Notes under the pieces: model-generated
What the model was told of the DNA's origin: nothing
Database searches by the model: none
What the model saw: only the letters and a program-made list of their open reading frames with translations
Translations under genes and position numbers: made by a program
Part shown: piece by piece, positions 1 to 9,816 of the stretch
Layout of the letters: every line of letters starts with the position of its first letter
Position numbering within the stretch: the first letter of the stretch is position 1
Assembly (NCBI GenBank): GCA_028718785.1
Contig: JAQULB010000003.1
Location: 74,228 to 138,227, forward strand
Length of the DNA stretch: 64,000 nucleotides
Source of the DNA: Minisyncoccota bacterium
GTDB lineage: Bacteria > Patescibacteriota > Minisyncoccia > Minisyncoccales > CG1-02-41-26
Direction: 5' to 3'

Positions 1-27
1 CGAGTTTAGGAAAAATATTTTGTTCTT

Positions 28-73
28 TTCAATTTTTAAAAAGAGATAGGATAGACGAAAGCGTCTATCCTAT
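28..73 (-). terminator. Rho-independent terminator after lipoprotein gene
   Basis: The stem ATAGGATAGACG/CGTCTATCCTAT (46-73) is followed on the minus strand by CTCTTTTT. Confidence 0.6.
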
Positions 74-86
74 ATATGTGTGAGGT

Positions 87-983
87 CTATTCTTTTATAG
101 CTCCCCACGATGTTGGTTTCTTGCCGGATTCTCGAGGTGGGTTTAAATTCCATATTACCTGTCCGTTCCGCAATACAGAATTATCTTTCAGTTCGTATCC
201 GCGATCAGCAAGCATTGCGGATATGGCTTGCCGTGATGGAGGCGCTGCTCCGTTTTGGCCCACAAAACTAAATTCAGTATTGTAGACCGTTAAGCTCCCG
301 TCTTCACCCAAGTCGTCCATATAGATTTGAGGGAAGAACGGTCCAGCATCAACCCAAAGCGGTTTAACATTGGAAATTTCAAAAGATATTTCCGCCAAGG
401 GTTGGCTTGTAGAAACATCCACAGGGATCTTTCGTGCCAGGAGAACATCCTGGTTAACAACGGCCCATTTTGGGGACACATCAAATCCAACTGTTTCTCC
501 TTGGGTTTGTTGAACCCAAATGGAAACTAATTGGTGATTTGTTTCCTCTCCCCAGCCAGTAGCCAAAAAAGAAATTGAGCCACTTGACTGGCTTCTTTTT
601 TGGACTCGTAGATGCCCGGGAAGAGAATCATCAATCGTGTAATTGCGAATAATTCCCCCGTGAGTAGTTACGTCAAACCCCTCGTAATAAATTGGCTTTT
701 TAAAGCCAACACTGATTACGGTAACTGGTTCGGCTTCTTGTGGACCAGACGAGATCCTAACCCCATTTGTTTTTGTTGTAATGGTTGGTTGGGTAGAGTT
801 AGGAGGGATAATAACATTAGCCAACACACCGTTTCCCGGAGGGACAAAGATAAAGTTTGGCACAATTGATCCACCGTTCCCGATATCTATTGGCACACCG
901 TCCTCTAATGGGGGGCAACCACAAAGTAAAAAACAGGAAAACAGAATAAATAAAATCGGAAACAAAACTTTTACTACTCTCAT
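87..983 (-). CDS. Putative lipoprotein, function unknown
   Basis: Lies within ORF 87..1064. The internal ATG at 983 has AAGGAG 8 nt upstream. The signal peptide MRVVKVLFPILFILFSCFLLCGC carries a lipobox. Confidence 0.6.
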   Translation of the reverse strand: MRVVKVLFPILFILFSCFLLCGCPPLEDGVPIDIGNGGSIVPNFIFVPPGNGVLANVIIPPNSTQPTITTKTNGVRISSGPQEAEPVTVISVGFKKPIYYEGFDVTTHGGIIRNYTIDDSLPGHLRVQKRSQSSGSISFLATGWGEETNHQLVSIWVQQTQGETVGFDVSPKWAVVNQDVLLARKIPVDVSTSQPLAEISFEISNVKPLWVDAGPFFPQIYMDDLGEDGSLTVYNTEFSFVGQNGAAPPSRQAISAMLADRGYELKDNSVLRNGQVIWNLNPPRESGKKPTSWGAIKE

Positions 984-1118
984 TTTAAATCTCCTTGACC
1001 AAACAGGTCGGTTAAGAGTTCCAACAATAAAAAACAAACTACTATAAATTTTTTTAAAAAACACCCCAACTCTTAAAAAGAGCTGGGAAAATACATATCA
1101 AAACTTTCTAATTTAACT

Positions 1119-3527
1119 ATGAATTGGATTTTAAAATTTGTCAAGCCCCAAACCCTGTTTTTAGCCCTTTTTGTCATAATCGGGGTTTTTGGATTTTCTC
1201 ATTTTGTTTCAGCAGACGCTTGTTCGGACAGTTGCGGCTCTACAGCTGGCAGTTGGTATACTGACTGGTGCGTTGACCATTCAAATTCTTTGAGCTATTT
1301 AATAAAAATTAGCGGTTCTTGTGTAACTGATTCACAGGCCTTGCTTTATGATGGCTATTGCGCTAATCAGGCCTCCACAAGAGCTTGTTGTGATAGCGGA
1401 AGTATGAAATTGTCAAATTATAGCCGAACCTATTGGACAACTTCTGCTGTTTGCTCTGCGGGATATACTTGCTTATGCGATAAATTTCAAACAACGAACT
1501 GTGACGGAAGCTTGTCTGGGGAATGCAAACCAGTTGGCACAACCTGCGGCCCAGGGGGGGCTTGTTGTGGTGGGGCTGTATGCGTTAATGGGTATTGTGG
1601 CACATTGGGAAGTTGTTTGCCCGGGGGCCGAAGCGCTTCATGCGACCCTCAATGTTGTTCAGGGGATAGGGATGCTAATGGTTATTGCACCTTTGAGGGA
1701 GAGCTTTGCACTGATGGCATTGATAATGACGGAGATATGTTGATTGACTGCCAAGACCCCAACTGCCCAAGCCCTTGCGGGTCTTGCGAAACATCTTTTT
1801 GCAGTGTTGTTACGCATCAATGGACCTGTAGTTCCATAACTGATTGCGCCGGCGGAGATGGTTGTTGTCCTTTGGGGTGTACTTCGGTTAATGATAGCGA
1901 TTGTTCTGGGTGCGTAACTGATTGTCCTTGCTCCACAACTTACTGTTCTCCTGGTTCAAAAATCGCTTCGTGCGAGGGTTGCCCCAGCGTTGGTTATGTT
2001 GAAGCAGAAAACTATTCTACAACGCAATGCACTCAGTATAATATATGCCGTTGTTGCAAGTGCGCTGTTTGCCCAGACCCCTCAACCTATTGTCCCACAG
2101 AAGAAAAATATAGTTGCACAACTTTATGTCCGCCCGGAACAAATGTGAATTGTCCCCCTAATGCCCCGTTAAATTTTATCCATACAGCAAATACAGTAAA
2201 TTCCATAACCTGGTCCTGGGAGGTTTCTCCAGGCACGGTAACTAAATACCAGCTTTTTAGCACAACTTATGACGCGTTATTGGTTGATAATATTTTACCA
2301 AGTGTTTGTGTGAGCGGACAATGTTCTTTTCAGGAAATAGGGCTTTCTGTGAATACTCAATATGCAAGAAAAGTAAAGGCCTGCAATGCTTATGGATGTT
2401 CGGATTTTTCTAATTCTGCTGTGGCCTATACTTCAATTGAACCAGTGGATTCTGCTGTTTGCACCAGCATCACCACAAACACAATTCAATTAACAGCGTA
2501 TTCTTTGGGAGGAGGTGGGTTTTCAAATTTAACTCTTGGTTATTCTGGCGTGAGGTTTAGAGGAAACGGAGTGGACACTTGGACAGGAAGCGCCTATATT
2601 TTTTCTGGTTTAGCCCCGGATACAAACTATACCTTAACAGCAGGCCCAAGCCGAAACGCAGATGGCGATGAATCAGCCGGCACAGCCACAATAACCTGTA
2701 AAACTTCTCAGGTTTTAACCGTGCCCAACGCCCCCGCAAACCTCCACCACACAGCCAATACGAATAATACAATTGATTGGGCGTGGAATGCTTCCTCAGG
2801 AGCCACTTATTATACTATTTATTCAAAATACATAAGCGACGGGAATCCTCATTGGCAATTAAAAACAACCACTGCTAATCTTGCTTACCATCAAATTGAT
2901 TACTATGATCCTGCTTATGGCTGGCCCGCTTTAATTCAAAACACAATGTATGGCCTTGGAGTTTCTGCTTGTAATGTTAATGGATGTTCGGGCTTGTCAT
3001 TGGCTGACGGGGCTACTTCAATGCTGTCCCCAAGTGAAATTAGATGCTCAAATGAAGCGCAAGATTCAATGGAAATACAAGCAGTTGGGCCTTTTGTTAA
3101 TTTAACAGTGGGAAGCTCTGGTATTGTGTTTCGCGAATCAAGTATTGGTTATTCTCAAGACAGCCAAAGCGTTTATTGGTATTTATTAGGGTTAACTCCG
3201 AATACTGCTTACACTTTTTTTGCTAAATCCCGCAATCAAGAAGGGGATTTGTCTGCTGAAACCGGACCTGTAAACTGTTCCACCTTGCCTGTTCCAGAGC
3301 CACCCATTCTTTATAGTTTGCGAACCTATGGGCCCGGGGGTTCTGTTTTAAAATTAGCTTTAATCTCTGTGGCAGATGCTTTATCATGGAACAAAGGCAC
3401 TATTAAAACCCGCATGCCAAATGGCACCGACAAGGCCGCTTTTTTAGTGGAAACAAACGACCCCAATGCTTCACCTGTTCGGGTGATGACGCCTTTTGGC
3501 ATTAAGGCCTGGAGAAAGGCGCCATAG
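1119..3527 (+). CDS. Secreted cysteine-rich surface protein with FN3-like repeats
   Basis: It has an N-terminal hydrophobic signal. About 300 aa contain many dozens of Cys, including DGIDNDGDMLIDCQDPNC. Repeated modules follow, beginning PNAPLNFIHTANT..ITWSW and PNAPANLHHTANT..IDWAW. Confidence 0.6.
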   Translation: MNWILKFVKPQTLFLALFVIIGVFGFSHFVSADACSDSCGSTAGSWYTDWCVDHSNSLSYLIKISGSCVTDSQALLYDGYCANQASTRACCDSGSMKLSNYSRTYWTTSAVCSAGYTCLCDKFQTTNCDGSLSGECKPVGTTCGPGGACCGGAVCVNGYCGTLGSCLPGGRSASCDPQCCSGDRDANGYCTFEGELCTDGIDNDGDMLIDCQDPNCPSPCGSCETSFCSVVTHQWTCSSITDCAGGDGCCPLGCTSVNDSDCSGCVTDCPCSTTYCSPGSKIASCEGCPSVGYVEAENYSTTQCTQYNICRCCKCAVCPDPSTYCPTEEKYSCTTLCPPGTNVNCPPNAPLNFIHTANTVNSITWSWEVSPGTVTKYQLFSTTYDALLVDNILPSVCVSGQCSFQEIGLSVNTQYARKVKACNAYGCSDFSNSAVAYTSIEPVDSAVCTSITTNTIQLTAYSLGGGGFSNLTLGYSGVRFRGNGVDTWTGSAYIFSGLAPDTNYTLTAGPSRNADGDESAGTATITCKTSQVLTVPNAPANLHHTANTNNTIDWAWNASSGATYYTIYSKYISDGNPHWQLKTTTANLAYHQIDYYDPAYGWPALIQNTMYGLGVSACNVNGCSGLSLADGATSMLSPSEIRCSNEAQDSMEIQAVGPFVNLTVGSSGIVFRESSIGYSQDSQSVYWYLLGLTPNTAYTFFAKSRNQEGDLSAETGPVNCSTLPVPEPPILYSLRTYGPGGSVLKLALISVADALSWNKGTIKTRMPNGTDKAAFLVETNDPNASPVRVMTPFGIKAWRKAP

Positions 3528-3557
3528 AATAATTTTAAATTGCAAATTTTAAATATT

Positions 3558-3983
3558 ATGACAATTGATTATAAAAAAATTATACTTTTTGTTTTTACTA
3601 TTTTGATTATTTGTTCTGTTGTGTGGTTTTTTATTTTTCAGAACAAACAAAAACAAGCAGAGCTATCTCCGGTTTTTTCAATTGTGGGAGAAATAACAAA
3701 CATAACAGAAAATAGTTTTCAAATTAAAGCGTTGCAAACTCAAAACGATTTTAGCAAAGACAAAGATTTTTTGGTTTTTGTGGCCAGCTCCACCATTTTT
3801 TCTAATATTGAAATGCCCCAAAGCATTTCAGCAGAGGATGCAAGCAAGCCAATTTTGGCTAAAAAAACAGACCTTGTTGATTTAAAAATTAGCGATAGTG
3901 TAGTGGTTGAAGGCAATATTAACTTAAGAAATGTTAGCGAGTTCACAGCCAAAAGCATTCAAAATTCAAAAACTACTGAATAG
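3558..3983 (+). CDS. Small membrane-anchored hypothetical protein
   Basis: The ATG at 3558 lies inside tracked ORF 3540..3983. There is an N-terminal TM segment (IILFVFTILIICSVVWFFIF) and no recognisable motif. Confidence 0.45.
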   Translation: MTIDYKKIILFVFTILIICSVVWFFIFQNKQKQAELSPVFSIVGEITNITENSFQIKALQTQNDFSKDKDFLVFVASSTIFSNIEMPQSISAEDASKPILAKKTDLVDLKISDSVVVEGNINLRNVSEFTAKSIQNSKTTE

Positions 3984-3993
3984 TATTTTTTTT

Positions 3994-5346
3994 ATGTTAA
4001 GCAAAAAATTTTTAATTTTGCCATTGTTGATTGGAGTTGTTTTATTGGTTGGTTTTTTGGTTTACGAAAACAAAACAAGAATAGCAGAAGCAGGCGCTGG
4101 GCAAAATGTTAAAGGGTTTGCTTGGTCAGACCTTATTGGCTGGATTAGCGCTAATTCAAGCAACTGCGACACAAACAATGACGGGATTTCTGAAGGTGTT
4201 CCCCCTGCTTGTCCAGTGTCTGGAACAGTTATTCCAAATTATGGACTAAACATCGCTGATAATGGAACAACAGGAATTTTTTCTGGGTATGCATGGTCAG
4301 AGCATGTGGGCTGGATTTCGTTTAACCAAGCGGATTTAACTGGTTGCCCATCTGGCGTTTGTCGAGCGGAGGTTGATAAAGCCACAGGAGTTGTTTCTGG
4401 CTGGGCAAAGTTTTTAACAACCGGGGATTGGCTAAAATTAAAAGGAACAAATTATGGGTTTGTAATAAACAAGGGAACAGGCGAATTTTCTGGGTATGCT
4501 TGGGGAGATGTAACCGCAGGGTTGGTGAGCGCTTCTTGTCAAAATAATAACCGATGCGCTTCAAATAATTATAAATTAACAACCACTTTTGTTATGAATG
4601 TAAAGCCAATAGTTGTTGTTGACCCATCTATTCCTGTTGTTCCACCCATTCCCCCCGGCTCTTCTCTCCCCAATCCCAATCCAGCTATTGTTAATGTGTG
4701 TTCTAATCCAGCTTATAATTTTTATTGGAATTTTGGCGACGCAGATGGCGATACGCAAAGTAAATATCAAATACAAATAGTTAAAACAACCAATGGATCT
4801 TGGGTGGCTGGGACAGAAGAGGTTGACACGGGCATTATTGATTCTTCAACACAAAGCAAGCAAATTTTATTAGCGCCAAGCGGACTTGCCTATAATAGAA
4901 CATATAAATGGCGTATTATGGTGTGGGACAGCAATGGTGGCGCTTCTGATTGGGTTTATGGCGTTAACTTTACCACTCCAATTCACGCTTCCCCCACTCC
5001 AAACTTTACATGGACTCCCTTAACAATTGTAAAAGACCAAGAAATTCAATTTTGTTCCATGCAACAAGCCGGAGTTTGCTTTAACAATGCCAGTGTGTGT
5101 TATGGAGCGAGCGCTCCTTTATGTACTGGAGCTAACTTTTTGTGGACATTTCCCCCAGGTATTGTATTTGTAACTGGAAGCAACACAACTGCTAATCCAA
5201 AAGTGAAATTTTCAACAACTGGGAGCAATCAACCCATAACTTTGCAAATTACTGACGATCTTGGGCCCTCTGGACAATGTTCTATAATTAAGAATATTAA
5301 TGTTATTTTACCATTGCCAAAATATCAGGAAGTTTTGCCCCAGTAG
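3994..5346 (+). CDS. Membrane-anchored repeat protein with G[FY]AWS..GWIS repeats and PKD/Ig-like C-terminal modules
   Basis: Met22 of ORF 3931..5346 is followed by a TM segment (LILPLLIGVVLLVGFLV). Repeats include GFAWSDLIGWISAN, GYAWSEHVGWISFN and GYAWGDV. FYWNFGDADGD and PNFTWTP motifs are also present. Confidence 0.5.
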   Translation: MLSKKFLILPLLIGVVLLVGFLVYENKTRIAEAGAGQNVKGFAWSDLIGWISANSSNCDTNNDGISEGVPPACPVSGTVIPNYGLNIADNGTTGIFSGYAWSEHVGWISFNQADLTGCPSGVCRAEVDKATGVVSGWAKFLTTGDWLKLKGTNYGFVINKGTGEFSGYAWGDVTAGLVSASCQNNNRCASNNYKLTTTFVMNVKPIVVVDPSIPVVPPIPPGSSLPNPNPAIVNVCSNPAYNFYWNFGDADGDTQSKYQIQIVKTTNGSWVAGTEEVDTGIIDSSTQSKQILLAPSGLAYNRTYKWRIMVWDSNGGASDWVYGVNFTTPIHASPTPNFTWTPLTIVKDQEIQFCSMQQAGVCFNNASVCYGASAPLCTGANFLWTFPPGIVFVTGSNTTANPKVKFSTTGSNQPITLQITDDLGPSGQCSIIKNINVILPLPKYQEVLPQ

Positions 5347-5455
5347 TGGTAAATAATTTTATTAAAAAACGCGTTTTTTCTTTACGCCATTTATGGCTTG
5401 TCAAAAACGCGTTTTTTTGTTAGAATATGAGTTATGTTAAATAACTTTAAAATTT

Positions 5456-6985
5456 ATGACATTAATTTACCTGATAGTGGGGGGATTCATTGTATTTTGT
5501 CTTGGAAGCTTTTTGGGATATTACGCTCGTCAGTCAATAGCTAAAAAACGCAAAGGAACAATTGAAGCCAAGCTACAAAAAAAAGTAGAGCAAACAAAAC
5601 AAGAAACAGAGGTCTTAATTACTCAGGCCAAAGAAAAGGCCAATCAAACAATTCAAGAAGCCCAAAAAGAGGCAGATGAAAGAAGAAAAGAGGTTTTAGC
5701 AACAGAAAGGTTAATTTTAAAAAGAGAACGAACTCTTGACGAAAAACTTTCCGCTTTTGACGAAAAACAGAATATTTTTTCAGATAAAGTAAAAAAAGTA
5801 AGAGAACTAAAAGAAAAGTTAGTTGTTTTAGAAGAACAAGCCAATAAAAAATTAGAAGCAGTGGCTGGGCTTTCTCAGGAAAAAGCCAAAGAAGAAATTA
5901 TTAAAATTGCAGAGGGTGTCTACGAAAAAGATATTGTAGAAAGAATGCATAAACTCAAGCAAGAGGGCGATGAAAAATTTAATAACTTAGCTAAAGAAAT
6001 GATATCTACAGCTATTCAGCGCAATGCTCAAAGTCAAGCTCAAGAAATTACCACAACCACTGTAAGTTTGCCTTCAGATGAAGTTAAAGGAAGGATTATT
6101 GGCAAGGAGGGGCGGAATATAAAAACATTTGAGAAGTTAACCGGAGTTGAGGTGGTGGTTGATGATAGCCCGGAAACTGTTTTAATTTCTGGATTCAATC
6201 CAATAAGAAGGCAAGTGGCTAAAGTGGCTTTAGAAAAACTTATTAAAGATGGCCGGATTCAACCAGCTAAAATTGAAGAGCAGGTTAAAAAAGCTGAGGA
6301 GGAAATAATGGCTCAAGTAAAAGAGGCGGGAGAAAAAGCGGTTTTTGAAACAGGCATTTTGGATTTGCCTCCAAAAATTGTTGAGCTTTTGGGTAAGTTG
6401 CATTTTAGAACAAGTTATGGCCAAAATGTTTTAATGCATTCTTTGGAAGTTTCATTTTTGTCCGCTATTTTAGCTGAAGAGTTGGGAGTGGATGTTAAAG
6501 TGGCTAAAAAAGCCGGGCTTTTACACGATATTGGAAAGGCCTTAGATCATCAAGTGCAGGGCTCTCATGTGGATATCGGCATTAAGGTTTTAGAAAAATT
6601 TCATATTGAAAAAGCGGTTATTGACGCAATGAAATCTCACCACGAAGAATACGAGCCAGAAAGCATTGAAGCGGTTATTGTGCAATCAGCTGATCAGGTT
6701 TCTGGGGCAAGGCCTGGAGCCAGAAAAGACACAGTTGAAAATTACTTAAAGCGATTAAAAGAATTAGAAGACATAGCCACTGGTTTTGTTGGGGTTTCTG
6801 AGGCCTATGCCATTCAAGCGGGAAGAGAGGTGAGAGTTTTTGTAAAACCAGAAGAAGTGGGAGATTTAGAGGCCTATAAAATTGCCAGAGATGTGGCCAC
6901 AAAAATTCAAGAAGAATTAAATTATCCAGGTGAAATTAAAGTAACAGTTATTAGAGAAACCAGAGTTATAGAATACGCGAGGTAA
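5456..6985 (+). CDS. rny: Ribonuclease Y
   Basis: It has an N-terminal TM segment, a coiled-coil, a KH motif (GRIIGKEGRNIK) and an HD domain (HSLEVS...LLHDIGKA). Confidence 0.9.
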   Translation: MTLIYLIVGGFIVFCLGSFLGYYARQSIAKKRKGTIEAKLQKKVEQTKQETEVLITQAKEKANQTIQEAQKEADERRKEVLATERLILKRERTLDEKLSAFDEKQNIFSDKVKKVRELKEKLVVLEEQANKKLEAVAGLSQEKAKEEIIKIAEGVYEKDIVERMHKLKQEGDEKFNNLAKEMISTAIQRNAQSQAQEITTTTVSLPSDEVKGRIIGKEGRNIKTFEKLTGVEVVVDDSPETVLISGFNPIRRQVAKVALEKLIKDGRIQPAKIEEQVKKAEEEIMAQVKEAGEKAVFETGILDLPPKIVELLGKLHFRTSYGQNVLMHSLEVSFLSAILAEELGVDVKVAKKAGLLHDIGKALDHQVQGSHVDIGIKVLEKFHIEKAVIDAMKSHHEEYEPESIEAVIVQSADQVSGARPGARKDTVENYLKRLKELEDIATGFVGVSEAYAIQAGREVRVFVKPEEVGDLEAYKIARDVATKIQEELNYPGEIKVTVIRETRVIEYAR

Positions 6986-7225
6986 GTAAAATGACTAATA
7001 AAATGCCAAATGTCAAAAAGATTTATTGTTGAATATTTTTATTTCGACATTTTATTTGGAATTAGTTATTAGGGTTTAGGTGTTTTTATATTTTTGGTAT
7101 AAGTATGGGTTGCTTTTTCCGTGTGTTTATTGATATAATGCTTATAATCATTGGAATTTAATCTTGTAGTAAATTTTACTATAAGAAAAGGTCGTGAAAT
7201 ATTTCTTTAATTTTATAATTTATAT

Positions 7226-7507
7226 ATGACAAAAATTACAAAAGACGATCTTATTGAAGCAATGGTAAAGGTTACCGAATGCACAAAAAAATGCGCGGGA
7301 GACGGCTTAAACGCTGTCTTGGCTGAAATTGAAAAAACATTAAAAGCTGGCAACGATGTTGTTTTAACTGGCTTTGGCACTTTTACTGTTTCTAAAAGAG
7401 CTGCTCGAATGGGCAGGAATCCTCAAACAGGCGCCACTATAAAAATTGCCGCTAAAAGAGTTCCAAGATTTAAAGCAGGCAAGGGCTTAAAAGACGCTGT
7501 GAAATAG
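7226..7507 (+). CDS. hup: HU-family DNA-binding protein
   Basis: The 93-aa protein carries GFGTF..SKRAARMGRNPQTGATIKIAAKRVPRFKAGK, the typical HU arm. Confidence 0.9.
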   Translation: MTKITKDDLIEAMVKVTECTKKCAGDGLNAVLAEIEKTLKAGNDVVLTGFGTFTVSKRAARMGRNPQTGATIKIAAKRVPRFKAGKGLKDAVK

Positions 7508-7615
7508 AGGGAATTAACCCTATATTTTCTGCGCTTGTTCGGCAATGAAAAAAAAGTTTTCATTGCTCTCACTTCGCTTGAAAATAGATTTACACCGGTC
7601 TTACCAGTGTAAAAA

Positions 7616-7660
7616 CAAAAAATCTCCTGAGCTTGTCGAAGGGGATTTTTTGTTTTATTT
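7616..7660. terminator. Bidirectional hairpin carrying a CCTGAGCTTGTCGAAGG mini-repeat in its loop
   Basis: The stem is AAAAAATCTCC...GGGGATTTTTT with T-runs on both sides. It lies between convergent hup and the NTase gene. Confidence 0.5.
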
Positions 7661-8107
7661 TTTAAATTCTTTAATTTTTTGCAGATAGTATCTATCTTTT
7701 TCTCGGTTATATTTTCCAACCATTAGTTCTTTCCATTCTTGGCAGATGTTTAGATTGGCAAATTTGAAACCATCAACAATAACAGGGTCTTTGAATATTT
7801 TTTCAAAGTATTCTTCTTGCCCTGGCCAAGGCCCCCCAATATCCACGTTAATATTATTTATTGATAATTTGTAAAGTTTTTGCCTTGGATCTTCATGAAA
7901 CAAAACAATTTGAGCGTTGGGCGCGACTATTTCTTCATCTCTTATAGCGATATCTATATCGTTTAATCTGCTTTCTTGATTAAAATCTAAAACTCCCAGT
8001 AGATAAAGAGGAGCTGAACCAAAAATTATGAAATTTGGGCCGATTATTTTTTTTAATTCCGAAAGAGTAGGGTAGATTTTGTTGAAAAATTCTTGATTGA
8101 TTCTCAT
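7655..8107 (-). CDS. Nucleotidyltransferase-fold hypothetical protein
   Basis: The IIFGSAPLYLLG ... LNDIDIAI (G-S ... DxD) pattern fits this fold. The ATG follows the tRNA-Gly 3' end after a single spacer nucleotide. Confidence 0.4.
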   Translation of the reverse strand: MRINQEFFNKIYPTLSELKKIIGPNFIIFGSAPLYLLGVLDFNQESRLNDIDIAIRDEEIVAPNAQIVLFHEDPRQKLYKLSINNINVDIGGPWPGQEEYFEKIFKDPVIVDGFKFANLNICQEWKELMVGKYNREKDRYYLQKIKEFKK

Positions 8108-8108
8108 G

Positions 8109-8180
8109 AGCGGGTGACGGGAATCGAACCCGTGTCATCACTTTGGAAAAGTGAGATAATAGCCGTTATACGACACCCGC
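8109..8180 (-). tRNA. tRNA-Gly(UCC)
   Basis: Manual cloverleaf: acceptor GCGGGTG/CACCCGC, anticodon stem TCACT/AGTGA, anticodon loop TTTCCAA, T arm ACGGG-TTCGATT-CCCGT. No CCA is encoded. Confidence 0.85.
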
Positions 8181-8181
8181 G

Positions 8182-8253
8182 TCGGGGTACTCGGATTCGA
8201 ACCGAGATTAAATCTTCCCAAAAGACTCGTGCTAGCCGTTGCACTATACCCCG
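8182..8253 (-). tRNA. tRNA-Pro(UGG)
   Basis: Acceptor CGGGGTA/TACCCCG, anticodon loop TTTGGGA, T arm CTCGG-TTCGAAT-CCGAG. Confidence 0.85.
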
Positions 8254-8267
8254 TTCTCGCCACGCCA

Positions 8268-8297
8268 TAGTCCTGAGTTTGTCGAAGGACGAAGGCG
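8268..8297. repeat. LSLSKDE/FDKLRT-type mini-repeat (TCCTGAGTTTGTCGAAGGAC)
   Basis: It is near-identical to the core at 7626-7643 and to 29174-29192. Spurious ORFs across it translate as VLSLSKDEG and SFDKLRT. Confidence 0.6.
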
Positions 8298-8361
8298 AGT
8301 TAAACAATTAGATTTTAGCGGATTTTTGGGTATTTATCAACACCCGTTGATAAAATGATTG

Positions 8362-8370
8362 TGGTATAAT
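8362..8370 (+). promoter_or_regulatory. Possible extended -10 promoter (TGgTATAAT) feeding element copy 1 and the HK gene
   Basis: TGGTATAAT directly abuts the TAAGTAATCC start of the element. No well-spaced -35 is present. Confidence 0.3.
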
Positions 8371-8627
8371 AAGTAATCCGTTAATGAAAGCGAGCTTTTG
8401 AGCGAAGCTTGAATTTACGGATTACTTACCCCGTGAAGTAAGATTTGAGGATTTTTCAAAAAGTGTTTCGTTTTAAGTATTTAATTATTTTTTCTCTTGC
8501 GTAATATTGATAAATTTATTCTCAAATCTTAATTTTAAATTTACTAATTTAAAACTACTTCACAGGGTGTAAGAACTCGTAAATTCACTCGTGGCTAATC
8601 GCCGCTCACTCATTAACGATTTCTAAC
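8370..8627 (+). repeat. Stop-to-start intergenic hairpin-array element, copy 1 (H1+H2+H3)
   Basis: H1 is TAAGTAATCCGT...ACGGATTACTTA (8370-8428). H2 arms are CCCCGTGAAGTA (8429-8440) and TACTTCACAGGGTG (8557-8569). H3 is TAAGAACTCGTAAATTC...CATTAACGATTTCTAAC, ending at the ATG at 8628. Confidence 0.85.
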
Positions 8628-9560
8628 ATGCTAGACTCTCTCAACCCTGTTTCATCTTGTAAAAAATATGGCGTTTCTCTTTGGCAATGTCCGCAGTTTT
8701 TATTTTTGGTAATGGGTATTGTTATTATAATTGCCATTATAGTTACTTATTTTTTAACAACTCTTCGCGTTGGAGATCCATCAATTGTAAGTTTGCTGGT
8801 TTTGGGAGTGGGAGCTTTTTTGTTAATAATGAACTTTATTATCACAAACAGCTTTGAAAGAATGGCTGAGGCTTCAAAACTAAAAAGCGAATTTATCCAC
8901 ATTGTTTCCCATCAGTTAAGAGCGCCCTTAACAAATATAAAATTTTCTTTGGATTTTTTAAATTCAGCTAAAATGACTCAAACCAAAGAACAACAGCAAG
9001 AGTATTACGATATTTTAAAAGAGAATTCCGATAGAATGAATGATTTAATAGACAACCTTTTAACTGTGGCAAAAATTGAAAGTGGCTCTTTTCCTTTATC
9101 AAAGTCAGAGGTGTTTATAGAAAATATTGCCCAAAAACTTATCCAAAAATTCAAACCTTTTGCCACAGCTTCCAATATTAAGTTAATGATTTTTTCAGCA
9201 GACCACTCTTTAAAGGTTTTAGCGGATCCTTTATGGATTGAACAAGTAATGGAAAACCTTCTTGATAACGCTATAAAATATACGAAAGGAGGGGGTGAAG
9301 TGAGCGTAAAAGTTTACCAAAAAAAGAAAAAAGTTTTTTATGAAGTTCATGATAATGGGGTAGGTGTGCCAAAAAAAGACCAAAAGTTTGTTTTTCAAAA
9401 ATTTTTCCGTTCAAATAACAGTTTTAAAAAACAAACCGGAGGAACTGGATTGGGCTTGCATATTGCCAAAAGAATTGTGGAAAAAACAGGAGGAGAAGTA
9501 GGTTTTTTTTCAAAAGAAAATAGGGGTTCAACATTCTGGTTTAGTTTGCCAATTAAGTAA
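8628..9560 (+). CDS. Sensor histidine kinase
   Basis: Two TM segments are followed by a HisKA H-box (FIHIVSHQLRAPL) and HATPase_c motifs (DNAIKYT, DNGVGVP, GGTGLGLHIAK). Confidence 0.85.
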   Translation: MLDSLNPVSSCKKYGVSLWQCPQFLFLVMGIVIIIAIIVTYFLTTLRVGDPSIVSLLVLGVGAFLLIMNFIITNSFERMAEASKLKSEFIHIVSHQLRAPLTNIKFSLDFLNSAKMTQTKEQQQEYYDILKENSDRMNDLIDNLLTVAKIESGSFPLSKSEVFIENIAQKLIQKFKPFATASNIKLMIFSADHSLKVLADPLWIEQVMENLLDNAIKYTKGGGEVSVKVYQKKKKVFYEVHDNGVGVPKKDQKFVFQKFFRSNNSFKKQTGGTGLGLHIAKRIVEKTGGEVGFFSKENRGSTFWFSLPIK

Positions 9561-9816
9561 TCCGTTATTGAAAGCGAGCCGTCAACCCAGTAGGTCATTC
9601 TACTGAATGAGGCGAAGCTTGAAATTTACGGAGGACTTACCCCGTGGAGTATAAATTTGCTCTGCAAATTTATATTTTAAATTTTTTACTAAAAATTTAA
9701 AATTACTCCACAGGGTGTAAGAATTCGTAAATTCACTCGCCTAGTTAAATGTCCTTCGGGCAATTTCGCTGAAAGCGAAATTATTTAATCGGACTCATTC
9801 ATTAACGATTTCTAAC
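9554..9816 (+). repeat. Intergenic hairpin-array element, copy 2
   Basis: TTAAGTAATCCGTTATTGAAAGCGAGC overlaps the last HK codons and its stop. H2 arms are at 9640-9651 (CCCCGTGGAGTA) and 9704-9717 (TACTCCACAGGGTG). The element ends CATTAACGATTTCTAAC-ATG. Confidence 0.85.

Noticed and set aside
8093-8311. ORFs 8093..8311(+) and 8104..8307(-) from the six-frame track
   Set aside because: They lie entirely over tRNA-Gly, tRNA-Pro and a mini-repeat. Their peptides (VLSLSKDEG, SFDKLRT) are repeat translations, not genes.
8429-8569. CRISPR array interpretation of the recurring palindromic arms with AT-rich interiors
   Set aside because: The arms are inverted rather than direct. They are not regularly spaced within a locus, there are no unique spacers between direct repeats, and there are no cas genes.
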